32,000 nt of DNA from Alkanindiges sp. WGS2144 (GCF_043950625.1 NZ_CP171007.1); one strand, 5' to 3'. Positions 21,257 through 31,267 are shown, numbered from the stretch's first letter. Notes: generated from the letters alone by a model not told the origin. Program-made: numbers and translations.

Positions 21257-21796
21257 TTACGCGGTTAAGCGAGTCCGCATTTTTTCCAGCTTGGCCTTTG
21301 CAGAATCATCAATGACCTGATCACCGGCACGAATCACCACCCCTGCAATTAAGTCAGGGTTGACCTTAACACTCGCGTCAATTTTACTGTTAAAGCGTTT
21401 TGCCAAACGGTCTATTAACAGTTGCTTTTGCTCATCGGTCAAATCAAAGGCGGATTCGATCACCACATCAGTCTGATTCTGGTTCTGTGCTTTTAGCTGC
21501 TCAAACTCAAGTGCTATTTCAGGCAACAGGCTTAAACGGTCATTTTGAGCCAGCAGGCTTAAAAAATTACTAACCGATTTGCTTTGCAAGGGTTGATTGT
21601 ATACCCCTTCAATGACCTTAACCTGTTGTTCTGGCGTTAGCTCAGGACGGTTCAAATAAGCGGAAAAAGCTTCATCCTGAACCATTGCACTTAGCATTTG
21701 CAGCATTGCTGACCAGTTTTCTGTTGCACCCTGCTCAGAAGCATAGCTAAAAGCAGCTTTGGCGTAAGGACGTGCCAACGTCAAGAGTTCAGCCAT
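21257..21796 (-). CDS. atpH: F0F1 ATP synthase subunit delta
   Basis: 179 aa. [16 protein letters not shown] is the OSCP/delta pattern. Position between atpF and atpA. Confidence 0.93.
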   Translation of the reverse strand: MAELLTLARPYAKAAFSYASEQGATENWSAMLQMLSAMVQDEAFSAYLNRPELTPEQQVKVIEGVYNQPLQSKSVSNFLSLLAQNDRLSLLPEIALEFEQLKAQNQNQTDVVIESAFDLTDEQKQLLIDRLAKRFNSKIDASVKVNPDLIAGVVIRAGDQVIDDSAKAKLEKMRTRLTA

Positions 21797-21808
21797 GAGT
21801 TGCCTCGC

Positions 21809-22279
21809 TTATAGTTCCGCAGCCAGTTGATTTAACATGGCAGCATGGGCTTGTTCATCAACCTGGGCTTTGAGAATTTTCTCAGCCCCAGCCACTGCCA
21901 GTGCAGCAACCTGTCCGCGCAGTTGTTCACGCGCCTGATTGATTTCCTGATCCACTGCCTCACGGGATTGCTGACGAATACGCTCACCTTCGGCAGTTGC
22001 CTGGGTACGCGCTTCTTCCACCAGCTGGGCAGCACGACGGTTAGCCTGCTCAATTAACTGAGCTGCCTGTGCTTTTGCGGCGTCCAGTTCCTGCTTAACT
22101 TGCGCATGTGCATCAGCAAGATCAGCCTTGGCCCGTTCAGCCGCATTCAAACCATCAGCAATACGACGCTGACGGTCACTAATCGCTCCGATTAGTGGTG
22201 GCCAGACAAACTTCATGCAAAATGCAACAAAGATTGCAAATGCAATGGCCTGGCCAATTAATGTGAGGTTGATATTCAT
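21809..22279 (-). CDS. atpF: F0F1 ATP synthase subunit b
   Basis: 156 aa. One N-terminal TM helix ([28 protein letters not shown]), then a long Ala/Glu/Gln-rich helix. Confidence 0.93.
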   Translation of the reverse strand: MNINLTLIGQAIAFAIFVAFCMKFVWPPLIGAISDRQRRIADGLNAAERAKADLADAHAQVKQELDAAKAQAAQLIEQANRRAAQLVEEARTQATAEGERIRQQSREAVDQEINQAREQLRGQVAALAVAGAEKILKAQVDEQAHAAMLNQLAAEL

Positions 22280-22314
22280 TGCAATTCCTCAATGATGAAT
22301 TTGGGAATTAAGAA

Positions 22315-22578
<264 letters not shown>

Positions 22579-22655
22579 TTACCTCAAAGGTTAGGTTTAT
22601 AACAAAAACTAGATAACATGACACCCGGTCACAATGATGGCCGGGTGCTTGACAC

Positions 22656-23561
<906 letters not shown>

Positions 23562-23576
23562 TCAATACTGACAAAA

Positions 23577-23622
23577 GAATGAACCAGAATGACGCGTGCT
23601 GCTTTTCATCTCTGGTTCATTC
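23577..23622 (-). repeat. 12-bp perfect inverted repeat (RNA stem-loop) in the atpI-atpB spacer
   Basis: GAATGAACCAGA (23577-23588) and TCTGGTTCATTC (23611-23622) are exact reverse complements. The loop ends ATGA/TCAT can add 4 more bp. In the minus-sense mRNA, TTTTG follows the stem. Confidence 0.6.
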
Positions 23623-23649
23623 CTGAAACTTTTCAATTTGGCTAGCGAT

Positions 23650-24039
23650 TTAACCCTGGCGCGAGGCCCAAATCGGGTAAATCCACGCCATGGCCTGCAC
23701 CAGCAAAAAACCACCCAGCAAGGCAAGCATATTAAGCGGTGCAACTGTTTTAAAAATTACAATAAAACCTACAGCTACAATGACGAACTTGCCAATCACC
23801 CCCTTGTACATTGAGCCAAGGATTTGTCGGGATGCCTTTGCGCCGCCCTGACGAAATGCCTGCCAGGCAAAATAAGCACTGGCCAGCCAGCACAACAGGG
23901 CACCCAGTAAAGCACTCTTGGCGGCCACTGGCCCGGCAACAAGATAAGCCAGTACTGCTGCAACTGGTACGGCAATCGCCTGAATTCTGGTCAGCCCCCG
24001 TGCCAAGCGCCGATCAATCAGCAAGGTAGGCTGACGCAT
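23650..24039 (-). CDS. atpI: ATP synthase protein I
   Basis: 129 aa, small, basic and hydrophobic. First gene of the operon, immediately upstream of atpB. Confidence 0.8.
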   Translation of the reverse strand: MRQPTLLIDRRLARGLTRIQAIAVPVAAVLAYLVAGPVAAKSALLGALLCWLASAYFAWQAFRQGGAKASRQILGSMYKGVIGKFVIVAVGFIVIFKTVAPLNMLALLGGFLLVQAMAWIYPIWASRQG

Positions 24040-24104
24040 AAACTAACCTTCTGGCTGTAGTTGAATCCATCATTGTCAAGCCAACAATACTTTTAAGCGC
24101 GAGC

Positions 24105-24133
24105 ATTATAGAGGCGAGATAATAAACATGCAA
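24105..24133 (-). promoter_or_regulatory. sigma70 promoter of the atp operon
   Basis: On the minus strand: TTGCAT (24133..24128), a 17-nt spacer, then a perfect TATAAT (24110..24105). It is about 60 nt upstream of the atpI ATG. Confidence 0.55.
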
Positions 24134-24230
24134 TCTATTCTGCGCCGCTAAAACCTGAATTTCGTATGATTCCGATAGGATGAGCTTTTGAGGCTTTTTT
24201 ACAGCAAAATATAATCCGTTTTTTACCGGT

Positions 24231-25121
24231 TTAGCGCTTAGTACACTGTCTGACCGCCTGTGCCAGTTTTGTCCACCCAATGACAAAATCCTGAGCGCCC
24301 AGCATGGTTTCGTCAATCAGCCGTACCTTGACCGGCTGCAAGCGTTTCAGGGTCGCTGGCTCAACCTGGCCTTCCGCCAGCAGGCACACGGCGGTACCGG
24401 AACTATAGTTGCGGCGCTGCTGTTGCAACCAGGCCAATTGGCTCAGTGTCGGTGGTAAATCATGCTCTATGGTCAAACTGCCTTTAAACTGTAAGTTCAG
24501 GCTACGTTCCAGATACTGATAAGCATCATGATAGGCCCAGTAGAGGCCAATGGATTGCTGTTGCTGTCGAGTGGCCTGCAACAGACGCTGTCCGAACTGG
24601 TTGGCGTTGGCTTTGTATTGCGCAGCATGAATAGGGAACTGTCTGGCACGTACCGCAGCAATAGCGTGCGCAATGGCAATGGCATTGATGGGTTCCAGCC
24701 AGATATGCGGGTCGAGGGAGTTTGCAATAGGCTGCCCCTGGGCATTTCGTAATGGTAAGCGCTTGAATACCCTGAGGTCGAATAAGGCAATGGCATTAGG
24801 CTGGCCTTTTAATACCCGGCTTAAGGGTGCCTCATACTGTTCGCCAAACCAGAGCACCAGACTGGCTTGCTTTAAACGCTGACGATCTGCCGGGCGCAAC
24901 TGGATGTCATGCCCTGATTGCCCTGGCGCCAGCAATAAAACCGGCTGCTCAATACCCTGACTAACCGCTTTAGCAATTAAATACAGCGGATGCGTACTGA
25001 CCACCATGCCATTCACTGACGAGGTGTTCAGCGGACGGGTGGAGTTAGCCGCATAGCCCACACTACTGCCAAGCAACAATAAAACGCTGATTATGTTGCG
25101 TATTTTCCTGCTATATATCAC
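24231..25121 (-). CDS. znuA: zinc ABC transporter substrate-binding protein
   Basis: 296 aa, GTG start, signal peptide ISVLLLLGSSVGYA. The three metal-ligand His contexts are present (GQSGHDIQLRP, DPHIWLEP, WAYHDAYQY). It is divergent from zur-znuCB. Confidence 0.88.
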   Translation of the reverse strand: MIYSRKIRNIISVLLLLGSSVGYAANSTRPLNTSSVNGMVVSTHPLYLIAKAVSQGIEQPVLLLAPGQSGHDIQLRPADRQRLKQASLVLWFGEQYEAPLSRVLKGQPNAIALFDLRVFKRLPLRNAQGQPIANSLDPHIWLEPINAIAIAHAIAAVRARQFPIHAAQYKANANQFGQRLLQATRQQQQSIGLYWAYHDAYQYLERSLNLQFKGSLTIEHDLPPTLSQLAWLQQQRRNYSSGTAVCLLAEGQVEPATLKRLQPVKVRLIDETMLGAQDFVIGWTKLAQAVRQCTKR

Positions 25122-25158
25122 GATATGTCTACATTAACCGGATGAGAATTAATAAGCA

Positions 25159-25179
25159 GCATGTTATACTATTACGTTT
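25159..25179. promoter_or_regulatory. Zur box (zinc-uptake repressor operator)
   Basis: GCATGTTATACTATTACGTTT. The core TGTTATA-C-TATTACG resembles the proteobacterial Zur palindrome TGTTATA-N-TATAACA: the left half is perfect and the right half matches 5/7. It lies in the znuA / zur-znuCB divergent region and overlaps a candidate -10 TATACT (25165-25170). Confidence 0.6.
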
Positions 25180-25335
25180 GCAAAAAAAGCGATTTTCTCA
25201 ACTTTTTAAGGCTTTTTTCTGACCGATTTGTCCTATTATCATAGGAACTTAACCAACATGAGGGCAGCCTGTCCTGCCTTTATTACTTATCCCCGGCACA
25301 GGGGGTTTGTTGCACCGGCTTAAGGAGCTTGGCAC

Positions 25336-25827
25336 ATGACTGTTTGTTTGCAGCAACATGATGATGCATTGCATGGGGTTCATGATACCCAGACCGTTGA
25401 GCAGCGACTAGCTCAGGCTGCACAAAGCTGCCTGCAAAGCGGTACGCGCCTAACCCCCCTGCGCCGTGAAGTGCTAGAGCTGATCTTGACCGCCAATGCT
25501 CCAGTAGGTGCCTATGATTTGCTGGCCAGCATGAAACGGGATGGTGAACGTCCACCAGCACCCCCAACCGTTTACCGCACGCTGGATTTTTTACTGGAAC
25601 AGGGTTTTATCCATCGCCTAGCCTCTATTAATGCTTATATTCCCTGCTGTCACCCCCGGGCAGGCCATCAGGCGGCATTTTTAATTTGCCAGCACTGTCA
25701 GCAAGTCAGGGAAACCTCCGCCAGTCATTTAATGGAAAGTCTGGATCAGGTGGCTGCTTCTGGCGCATTTCAGGCTCAGCATGCCATCATTGAAATTTCC
25801 GGACTATGTCAGCATTGCCAGCCATGA
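25336..25827 (+). CDS. zur: Fur-family zinc uptake regulator
   Basis: 163 aa with an AAGGAG RBS. Winged-helix region RLTPLRREVLELI...PPTVYRTLDFLLEQGFIHRL. Cys clusters CCHP...CQHC and GLCQHCQ. Confidence 0.9.
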   Translation: MTVCLQQHDDALHGVHDTQTVEQRLAQAAQSCLQSGTRLTPLRREVLELILTANAPVGAYDLLASMKRDGERPPAPPTVYRTLDFLLEQGFIHRLASINAYIPCCHPRAGHQAAFLICQHCQQVRETSASHLMESLDQVAASGAFQAQHAIIEISGLCQHCQP

Positions 25828-26606
25828 CCACTAATACGTTTATGCCCAACGATATTCTGATTCAACTGAACAATATCAACATGCAATTTGAGCAGCGTGT
25901 GGTGCTGCAAAACGTTAACCTGATTATCCATACCCGTGAGATTATCAGCCTGATTGGGCCAAATGGTGCTGGCAAGTCCACGCTGGTTAAGGTACTCCTG
26001 GGAATTCTGCTGCCACAGCAGGGTACGGTGAGTCGTTTACCGCACCTTAAAATAGGCTATGTGCCGCAACGGTTTAACCCGTCTGCCAGCTTGCCACTGC
26101 GTGTGTTGGACCTGCTGGAAATCTCTGCCTATCCGGCGGATTTTGTAAAACAGATTGTCATGGAAACTGGCATCGCGCATTTATTAAAACGGCAGGTGCA
26201 GCAGCTATCTGGGGGTGAGCGCCAACGTGTGTTATTGGCACGTGCCTTGCTCAAAAAGCCACAATTGCTGGTACTGGATGAACCCATGCAGGGATTGGAT
26301 ATCCAGTCAGAAACCGAGTTATATGCCTATGTACGCGCCCTGCCCGAACGCTATGGTTGTGCGGTACTGATGGTTTCACATGATTTGCAGTGGGTCATGC
26401 AGGGCACTCAGCGCGTGATCTGCTTAAATCGCCATATTTGCTGTAGTGGCACGCCAGCTGATATTCAGCAGCATCCAGCCTATCAGGAAATTTTTGGTAC
26501 TGGTCGCACGATTTACCAGCATCAGCATGATCATTGTGTGCATGGTGAGGTGAACCATGCCAACTGTACCCCGGCTCCCCACATTCACCCGGAACCCGAA
26601 CTTTAA
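25824..26606 (+). CDS. znuC: zinc ABC transporter ATP-binding protein
   Basis: Walker A GPNGAGKST, signature LSGGERQR, Walker B LLVLDEP, His-rich C-terminus. Start chosen at ATG 25824, which forms an ATGA overlap with the zur stop. ATG 25806 is the longest-ORF alternative. Confidence 0.9.
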   Translation: MTTNTFMPNDILIQLNNINMQFEQRVVLQNVNLIIHTREIISLIGPNGAGKSTLVKVLLGILLPQQGTVSRLPHLKIGYVPQRFNPSASLPLRVLDLLEISAYPADFVKQIVMETGIAHLLKRQVQQLSGGERQRVLLARALLKKPQLLVLDEPMQGLDIQSETELYAYVRALPERYGCAVLMVSHDLQWVMQGTQRVICLNRHICCSGTPADIQQHPAYQEIFGTGRTIYQHQHDHCVHGEVNHANCTPAPHIHPEPEL

Positions 26607-26623
26607 TATGGATAAGCAATAAC

Positions 26624-27430
26624 ATGGACTGGCTGATTCTACTGGCACCGGCCTGGCTAATGGGCGCAATGCTGGCATTTTTGACCGCGCCACTGGGTTG
26701 CCTGATGCTGTGGCGGCGCATGGCTTTTTTTGCTGACACCATGGCTCACGGAACATTACTGGGTATTGCCATGGCAGCCCTGCTGCACTTGCCATTATGG
26801 GCGGGGGTTGCCGCATTATCGGTGCTTTTGGTGGCGCTATTATGGTTCCTGCATGATGCCCGACTACCCAATGACGCATTGCTGGCGTTATGTTCCTCGG
26901 CACTGCTATGTAGTGGCTTATTACTTATCCAGCATCTACCCACGTTACGCCCTGAACTGATGAGCTATTTGTTTGGTGATTTGCTCTCGGTGGACTGGCC
27001 AGCTATCCCCGTATTGGCGGCGGCTACCGGTGCAGGCGTGCTGGTGCTGGGCTATCACTGGCATGAACAGGTCCGGCTGGTGATTGACCCGGATATTGCA
27101 CTGAGTGAAGGTGCCAGAGCTGGCTGGCAACGCCTGATTTTTATGTTGGTGCTGGCACTATTTACCGTGCTGGCCCTGCGGGCAGTCGGTACACTGCTAA
27201 TGGGTGCTTTGCTGGTGATTCCAGCCCTTACCGCTCGCCTATTGGCCTACTCGCCCAAGCAAATGGTACTTTGGGCATTTATCTGGGCACAAATAGGTAT
27301 CGCAGGTGGCTTGTGGGGCAGTATCTGGCTCAACACTGCGACAGGACTGGCGATTGTACTGTGCATGGCATTGTGCTTTGGACTGGTTTTTATTGCCCAA
27401 AAGCTATGGCGTCGACACTTGCAGGCTTAA
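26624..27430 (+). CDS. znuB: zinc ABC transporter permease
   Basis: 268 aa polytopic ABC-3-type permease directly after znuC. Confidence 0.88.
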   Translation: MDWLILLAPAWLMGAMLAFLTAPLGCLMLWRRMAFFADTMAHGTLLGIAMAALLHLPLWAGVAALSVLLVALLWFLHDARLPNDALLALCSSALLCSGLLLIQHLPTLRPELMSYLFGDLLSVDWPAIPVLAAATGAGVLVLGYHWHEQVRLVIDPDIALSEGARAGWQRLIFMLVLALFTVLALRAVGTLLMGALLVIPALTARLLAYSPKQMVLWAFIWAQIGIAGGLWGSIWLNTATGLAIVLCMALCFGLVFIAQKLWRRHLQA

Positions 27431-27468
27431 GGAACACAGGACGTTGTCTATTCACACATAGTTGCCTG

Positions 27469-27756
27469 TTAAGACTGTGGTGACTGTACAAATAATAAGG
27501 CAAAACGCCGGGCAATAGGCAATATCACCAATACGGTAGGAAACGCGACCAGCCATGAAATTGCCCAGGCCATTAGCCAGCTCATCAGCAATTCAGGCTG
27601 AATGCCCATGCTTTTAAGCGTACTGATGAATGAAATGATACCACTCATCATAAAGGACAGAATAAGCGGCATAATCACTGCCAGATAGCGGACTGGCAGT
27701 TTATTAAAGCCAAATATTGTTTTGGCAGATGGGCTTTGCGACGTAGGTGAAGACAT
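27469..27756 (-). CDS. DUF2798-domain membrane protein
   Basis: 95 aa with two TM helices. The pattern KLPVRYLAVIMPLILSFMMSGIISFIST...WLMAWAISWLVAFPTVLVILPIARR matches my memory of DUF2798. Confidence 0.6.
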   Translation of the reverse strand: MSSPTSQSPSAKTIFGFNKLPVRYLAVIMPLILSFMMSGIISFISTLKSMGIQPELLMSWLMAWAISWLVAFPTVLVILPIARRFALLFVQSPQS

Positions 27757-27879
27757 TGTTTTTAATAAGTCATCCTATAAGAAAAAAGAAATAATAGATT
27801 AGCCTAACAGGAAGCTGATGTACCTGCCTTGAACATCGCCAAGCTTTGAAAATAACGGTTGCATTATAGCCAAATTCCA

Positions 27880-27902
27880 CATAAAAAGATATATCTTTTA
27901 TG
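27880..27902. promoter_or_regulatory. 23-bp near-perfect palindrome (candidate operator) over the DUF2798-gene promoter
   Basis: CATAAAAAGATATATCTTTTATG. The 16-bp perfect core AAAAGATATATCTTTT spans 27884-27899, and 3 more bp pair after a single-A asymmetry. It sits where the -35 would be for a perfect minus-strand TATAAT (27868..27863). Confidence 0.35.
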
Positions 27903-28028
27903 TCCAGTTAGCAGCCCGCTGTTTGTTCCGGTGTCTTGGAACCATAGACGAAGCTCACAAGCAATTGCACATTTTTTGCATAAATTTGCTATATTGTGCA
28001 GCTTTCCGTTTTTGTATTTTTATCTCCT

Positions 28029-29825
28029 ATGAACACTGCGATTCAATCAGCACTTGATACTGCCATCGATAGCCTGAAGCAACAGGGCATTTTGCCCCAG
28101 GACTTTCAAAACAACAGCAGCCTGAGCCGAACCCGAGATCGCAGTCATGGGGATTTTGCCTCTAATATTGCCATGATTGCCGCCAAGGCGGCCGGACAAA
28201 AGCCACGTGATCTGGCCGAGAAAATACTGGCTGCCTTGCCACAGGTTGAGGTGATTCGCCAGGCCGAAATTGCTGGCCCCGGATTCATTAACTTCTTTTT
28301 AAATGATGACCAGCGTTTTGCTGTACTGGACCAGATTATCCAGCAGGCAGAACAGTTTGGGGTCAGTCAGCAGTTTAATGGCAAAAAGGCTCAGGTGGAA
28401 TTTGTGTCTGCCAACCCAACCAGTAGCCTGCATGTTGGTCATGGCCGTGGGGCTGCCTATGGCATGACGGTTGCCAATTTACTTGAAGCCGTTGGCTGGA
28501 CAGTACAGCGAGAATACTATGTGAATGATGCTGGCCGGCAGATGGATATTCTGGCCACCAGTACCTTTTTGCGCTATCTGGAACTGTGCGGCCAAAGCCT
28601 GACTTTCCCTTCCAATGGCTATCGTGGTGCTTATGTGACTGAAGATATTGCCAAAAGAATCTTTGATGAATATGGGAACCACTTTAACCGTCCTGTAGCC
28701 GATGTATTTGCAAATGTGCCAGCAGATGCCGTTTATGCTAATGAACTGGACAAAGACGGCAACAAGGTACCGTTATCCGGTGACAAGGAAAAGCATATTG
28801 ATGGCCTGATTCATAATGCACAACAACTGCTTGGTCACAAGGATTATCAAGTCTTTCATCAGACTGCGTTAAATGTTGTTTTAGATGATATCCGTGACGA
28901 CCTGGCTGAGTTTGGGGTAACTTTCGACCAGTGGTTTAGTGAAGCCACCTTAAAAGATAAAATTACCGAAGCCCTGCAAGTGCTGGATCAAAACGGCTTT
29001 TTATATGAAAAAGATGGCAACATCTGGTTTAAATCCACTAACTTTGGTGATGAAAAAGACCGTGTGGTCAAGCGTGCCAATGGTCAAACCACCTATTTTG
29101 CGGCTGATATTGCTTACCATTTAAACAAGTTCCAGCGCGGCTTTGATGAAGTGATTAACATTTGGGGTGCTGATCACCATGGCTATATTAGCCGGGTTAA
29201 AGCAGCCATTGATGCCATGGGATTTGATGCTAAAAAGTTAACCGTATTGCTGGTTCAGTTTGTGAGCTTATGGCGTGGCGGTGAAATGGTGCAAATGTCA
29301 TCACGTTCCGGCCAGTTTGTGTCCTTACGTGACCTGCGTAATGAAGTGGGCAATGATGCTGCACGGTTTTACTATGTGATGCGCAAAAGCGAGCAGCACA
29401 TTGACTTTGACCTTGATTTGGCAGTGTCACAAAGTAAAGACAATGCTGTGTACTATATTCAGTATGCCCATGCCCGGATTTGCCGCATGTTTGAGAAACT
29501 GGCTGAAGCAGGTCGTATCGCTGATCCAGTTGCTGGCCGCGCAGCAACCTGTCGCCTACGTGAACAGGTAGAAAGTGAACTTTTGGCCAAGCTGGCTGCT
29601 TATCCGGATACCGTTCATCGGGCAGCCAGTCAGTATGAGCCACATCAACTGGGTAACTATCTAAAAGAGCTGGCTGCTTTGTTCCATGGCTGGTATAACG
29701 AACATAAAGTGATTAGCGATGATGAAAACCTGACTCAGGCTCGCTTGCTGCTGTCAGCCGCGGTACGTCAGGTGCTTAAAAATGGCTTAACCCTATTGGG
29801 CGTCTCTGCACCTGAGGCGATGTAA
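28029..29825 (+). CDS. argS: arginine--tRNA ligase
   Basis: Class I HIGH motif SANPTSSLHVGHGRGA, KMSKS-equivalent QMSSRSGQFV, anticodon-binding C-terminus. ORF track GTG 27996 trimmed to ATG 28029 (MNTAIQSALD...). Confidence 0.95.
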   Translation: MNTAIQSALDTAIDSLKQQGILPQDFQNNSSLSRTRDRSHGDFASNIAMIAAKAAGQKPRDLAEKILAALPQVEVIRQAEIAGPGFINFFLNDDQRFAVLDQIIQQAEQFGVSQQFNGKKAQVEFVSANPTSSLHVGHGRGAAYGMTVANLLEAVGWTVQREYYVNDAGRQMDILATSTFLRYLELCGQSLTFPSNGYRGAYVTEDIAKRIFDEYGNHFNRPVADVFANVPADAVYANELDKDGNKVPLSGDKEKHIDGLIHNAQQLLGHKDYQVFHQTALNVVLDDIRDDLAEFGVTFDQWFSEATLKDKITEALQVLDQNGFLYEKDGNIWFKSTNFGDEKDRVVKRANGQTTYFAADIAYHLNKFQRGFDEVINIWGADHHGYISRVKAAIDAMGFDAKKLTVLLVQFVSLWRGGEMVQMSSRSGQFVSLRDLRNEVGNDAARFYYVMRKSEQHIDFDLDLAVSQSKDNAVYYIQYAHARICRMFEKLAEAGRIADPVAGRAATCRLREQVESELLAKLAAYPDTVHRAASQYEPHQLGNYLKELAALFHGWYNEHKVISDDENLTQARLLLSAAVRQVLKNGLTLLGVSAPEAM

Positions 29826-29957
29826 GCGAAACATTGTTTCGCATCGCCGCAAGGCCGAAAGCTGTGCTTGAAGTGACCATAGGCCAGTCCGCTCTTGCAC
29901 AACACGCTGAATTTGCTAGTCATTTTATAATTTTAGTTTGAAACAGGATAAAACATT

Positions 29958-30608
29958 GTGTTTGGTAAAGCTCCACGGGGCGCCACCCAGCGCCCACCGG
30001 TCAGGGAACCCAGCAACCAAAAACTCATTCCTGGCTGGTTATGGATGATTTTTGGTATGCTGTTGGGGCTGTTCATTATGGTATTGCTATACCTATGGCA
30101 GCCCTGGCGCCCGGCCAGCCGCCCCATTGATGCAACGCAAACTATCACTCCTGATCATAGTGATGAACAAACCAATCAGGATTATCAGTTTTATGATTTG
30201 CTACCCAAGCAGCAGGTTACCCCGGTGCCCAGCGATGCAGTGCCCACGGATCCGCAAGCCGCCAATAGCAATATTATTGTAGCCCCTCCTGTTAGCGTTG
30301 AGGTTCCTGATGTCAGCCCGGCACAAAACGCCGCCAATGCTGATCCAGCTGAAATTAATGAAACCACTACACTACAGTATATTTTGCAGGTCAATAGCTA
30401 CCAGAACCCTGACGATGCCGATGCCCGGCGTGCTGAAATCCTGTTAGTGGGTTTACCTGCCGATGTGCGTCAGAGCAAGCTTGCTGATGGCAGTATGTGG
30501 TTTCGGGTGGTATCCGGGCCATTTGCCAGTCGGGCAGAAGCTTTAAATGCCCAAAGCCTGCTGCAAAACAGTGGTATTGATTCATTAGTGGTGGAACAAC
30601 GCCGCTAA
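29958..30608 (+). CDS. SPOR-domain protein (septal peptidoglycan-binding, FtsN/DedD-like)
   Basis: GTG start with AGGA upstream. Short cytoplasmic N-terminus, one TM helix (GWLWMIFGMLLGLFIMVLLYLW), a Pro/Gln-rich linker, and a C-terminal SPOR-like domain YILQVNSYQNPDDADARRAEILLVGLPADV...WFRVVSGPFASRAEALNAQSLLQNSGI. Confidence 0.8.
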   Translation: MFGKAPRGATQRPPVREPSNQKLIPGWLWMIFGMLLGLFIMVLLYLWQPWRPASRPIDATQTITPDHSDEQTNQDYQFYDLLPKQQVTPVPSDAVPTDPQAANSNIIVAPPVSVEVPDVSPAQNAANADPAEINETTTLQYILQVNSYQNPDDADARRAEILLVGLPADVRQSKLADGSMWFRVVSGPFASRAEALNAQSLLQNSGIDSLVVEQRR

Positions 30609-30633
30609 AACCAGCTTTCCTTGAAATAAGCAA

Positions 30634-30656
30634 GCCTGTATGAATAGCATACAGGC
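30634..30656. terminator. hairpin between convergent genes (possible terminator, no U-tract)
   Basis: Stem GCCTGTATG (30634-30642), loop AATAG, stem CATACAGGC (30648-30656): a 9-bp perfect stem. There is no T-run on either side. Confidence 0.35.
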
Positions 30657-30667
30657 CACTGATCAGC

Positions 30668-31267
30668 CTAATGGGTACTATTTAAATAACCTATAATCAT
30701 ACTGCTGAGCTCCTGCTTGACTTCGTCATCAGTAAATTTGGGCGGGTTCTGTGAGCAGTAATTGATGATGGTGTACAGGGTGCTATTGATCACAATGAAG
30801 GCCTTGATATTAATCTTGTCCGGTGCGGTGCCCTGAAAAAACTTGCCCAATACAAATACCCAGAGTTCAAAAAAGTGGTTCTGCAAAATTTCCATGGGCT
30901 TCTGGGTATTCAGCTGGTGCAAATGTCGAATGATTTCAATATAAAAACCATTATTGGCACGTAATTGCTCAAAACCAAACTCTATTGCACCACGCAACAA
31001 ATCTTCTAATTGCGAGGCACGATGGCATAAAACATACTCTTTGAGCGCCTGACCCAGTGCATGACTTTTTTGTTCCAGTAAACACTCTACAATTTCTTGT
31101 TTATTGCTAAAATACTGATAAATGGAGCCTACACCCACGCCAGATTGCTCTGAAATTTTGGGAGTAGTTAGTTCGCTTAGACCGTGCTGGGCAATATAAT
31201 CTTCGGTTACTTGTAATATCCGGCCAACCAGTTCTTTAGCACGTTGTTGCTTAGGCTGTTTACGCAT
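30668..31267 (-). CDS. TetR/AcrR-family transcriptional regulator
   Basis: 199 aa with the N-terminal HTH LTTPKISEQSGVGVGSIYQYFSNKQEIV. Confidence 0.88.
   Translation of the reverse strand: MRKQPKQQRAKELVGRILQVTEDYIAQHGLSELTTPKISEQSGVGVGSIYQYFSNKQEIVECLLEQKSHALGQALKEYVLCHRASQLEDLLRGAIEFGFEQLRANNGFYIEIIRHLHQLNTQKPMEILQNHFFELWVFVLGKFFQGTAPDKINIKAFIVINSTLYTIINYCSQNPPKFTDDEVKQELSSMIIGYLNSTH

Noticed and set aside
24014-24316. 100-aa ORF spanning the znuA 3' end, the atp promoter and the atpI start.
   Set aside because: It overlaps two real genes and a consensus promoter, and the translated sequence has no features.
26510-26606. His/Cys-rich C-terminal tail of ZnuC (IYQHQHDHCVHGEVNHANCTPAPHIHPEPEL), considered as a possible novel metal sensor.
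   Set aside because: E. coli ZnuC also ends in a His-rich tail (YRHHHNHRHD... from memory), so this is a family trait and not a novelty.
26424-26903. 159-aa and 115-aa ORFs antisense to the znuC/znuB junction.
   Set aside because: They overlap two well-supported co-directional genes, the composition is Pro/Ala/Arg-rich as expected for an antisense frame, and there is no start context.
27965-27995. Possible argS promoter TTGCAC ... TATATT.
   Set aside because: The spacer is 19 nt, outside the usual 16-18 range, so it was not reported as a feature.
29230-29643. 137-aa ORF antisense to argS.
   Set aside because: It is a shadow ORF inside a conserved aminoacyl-tRNA synthetase gene.
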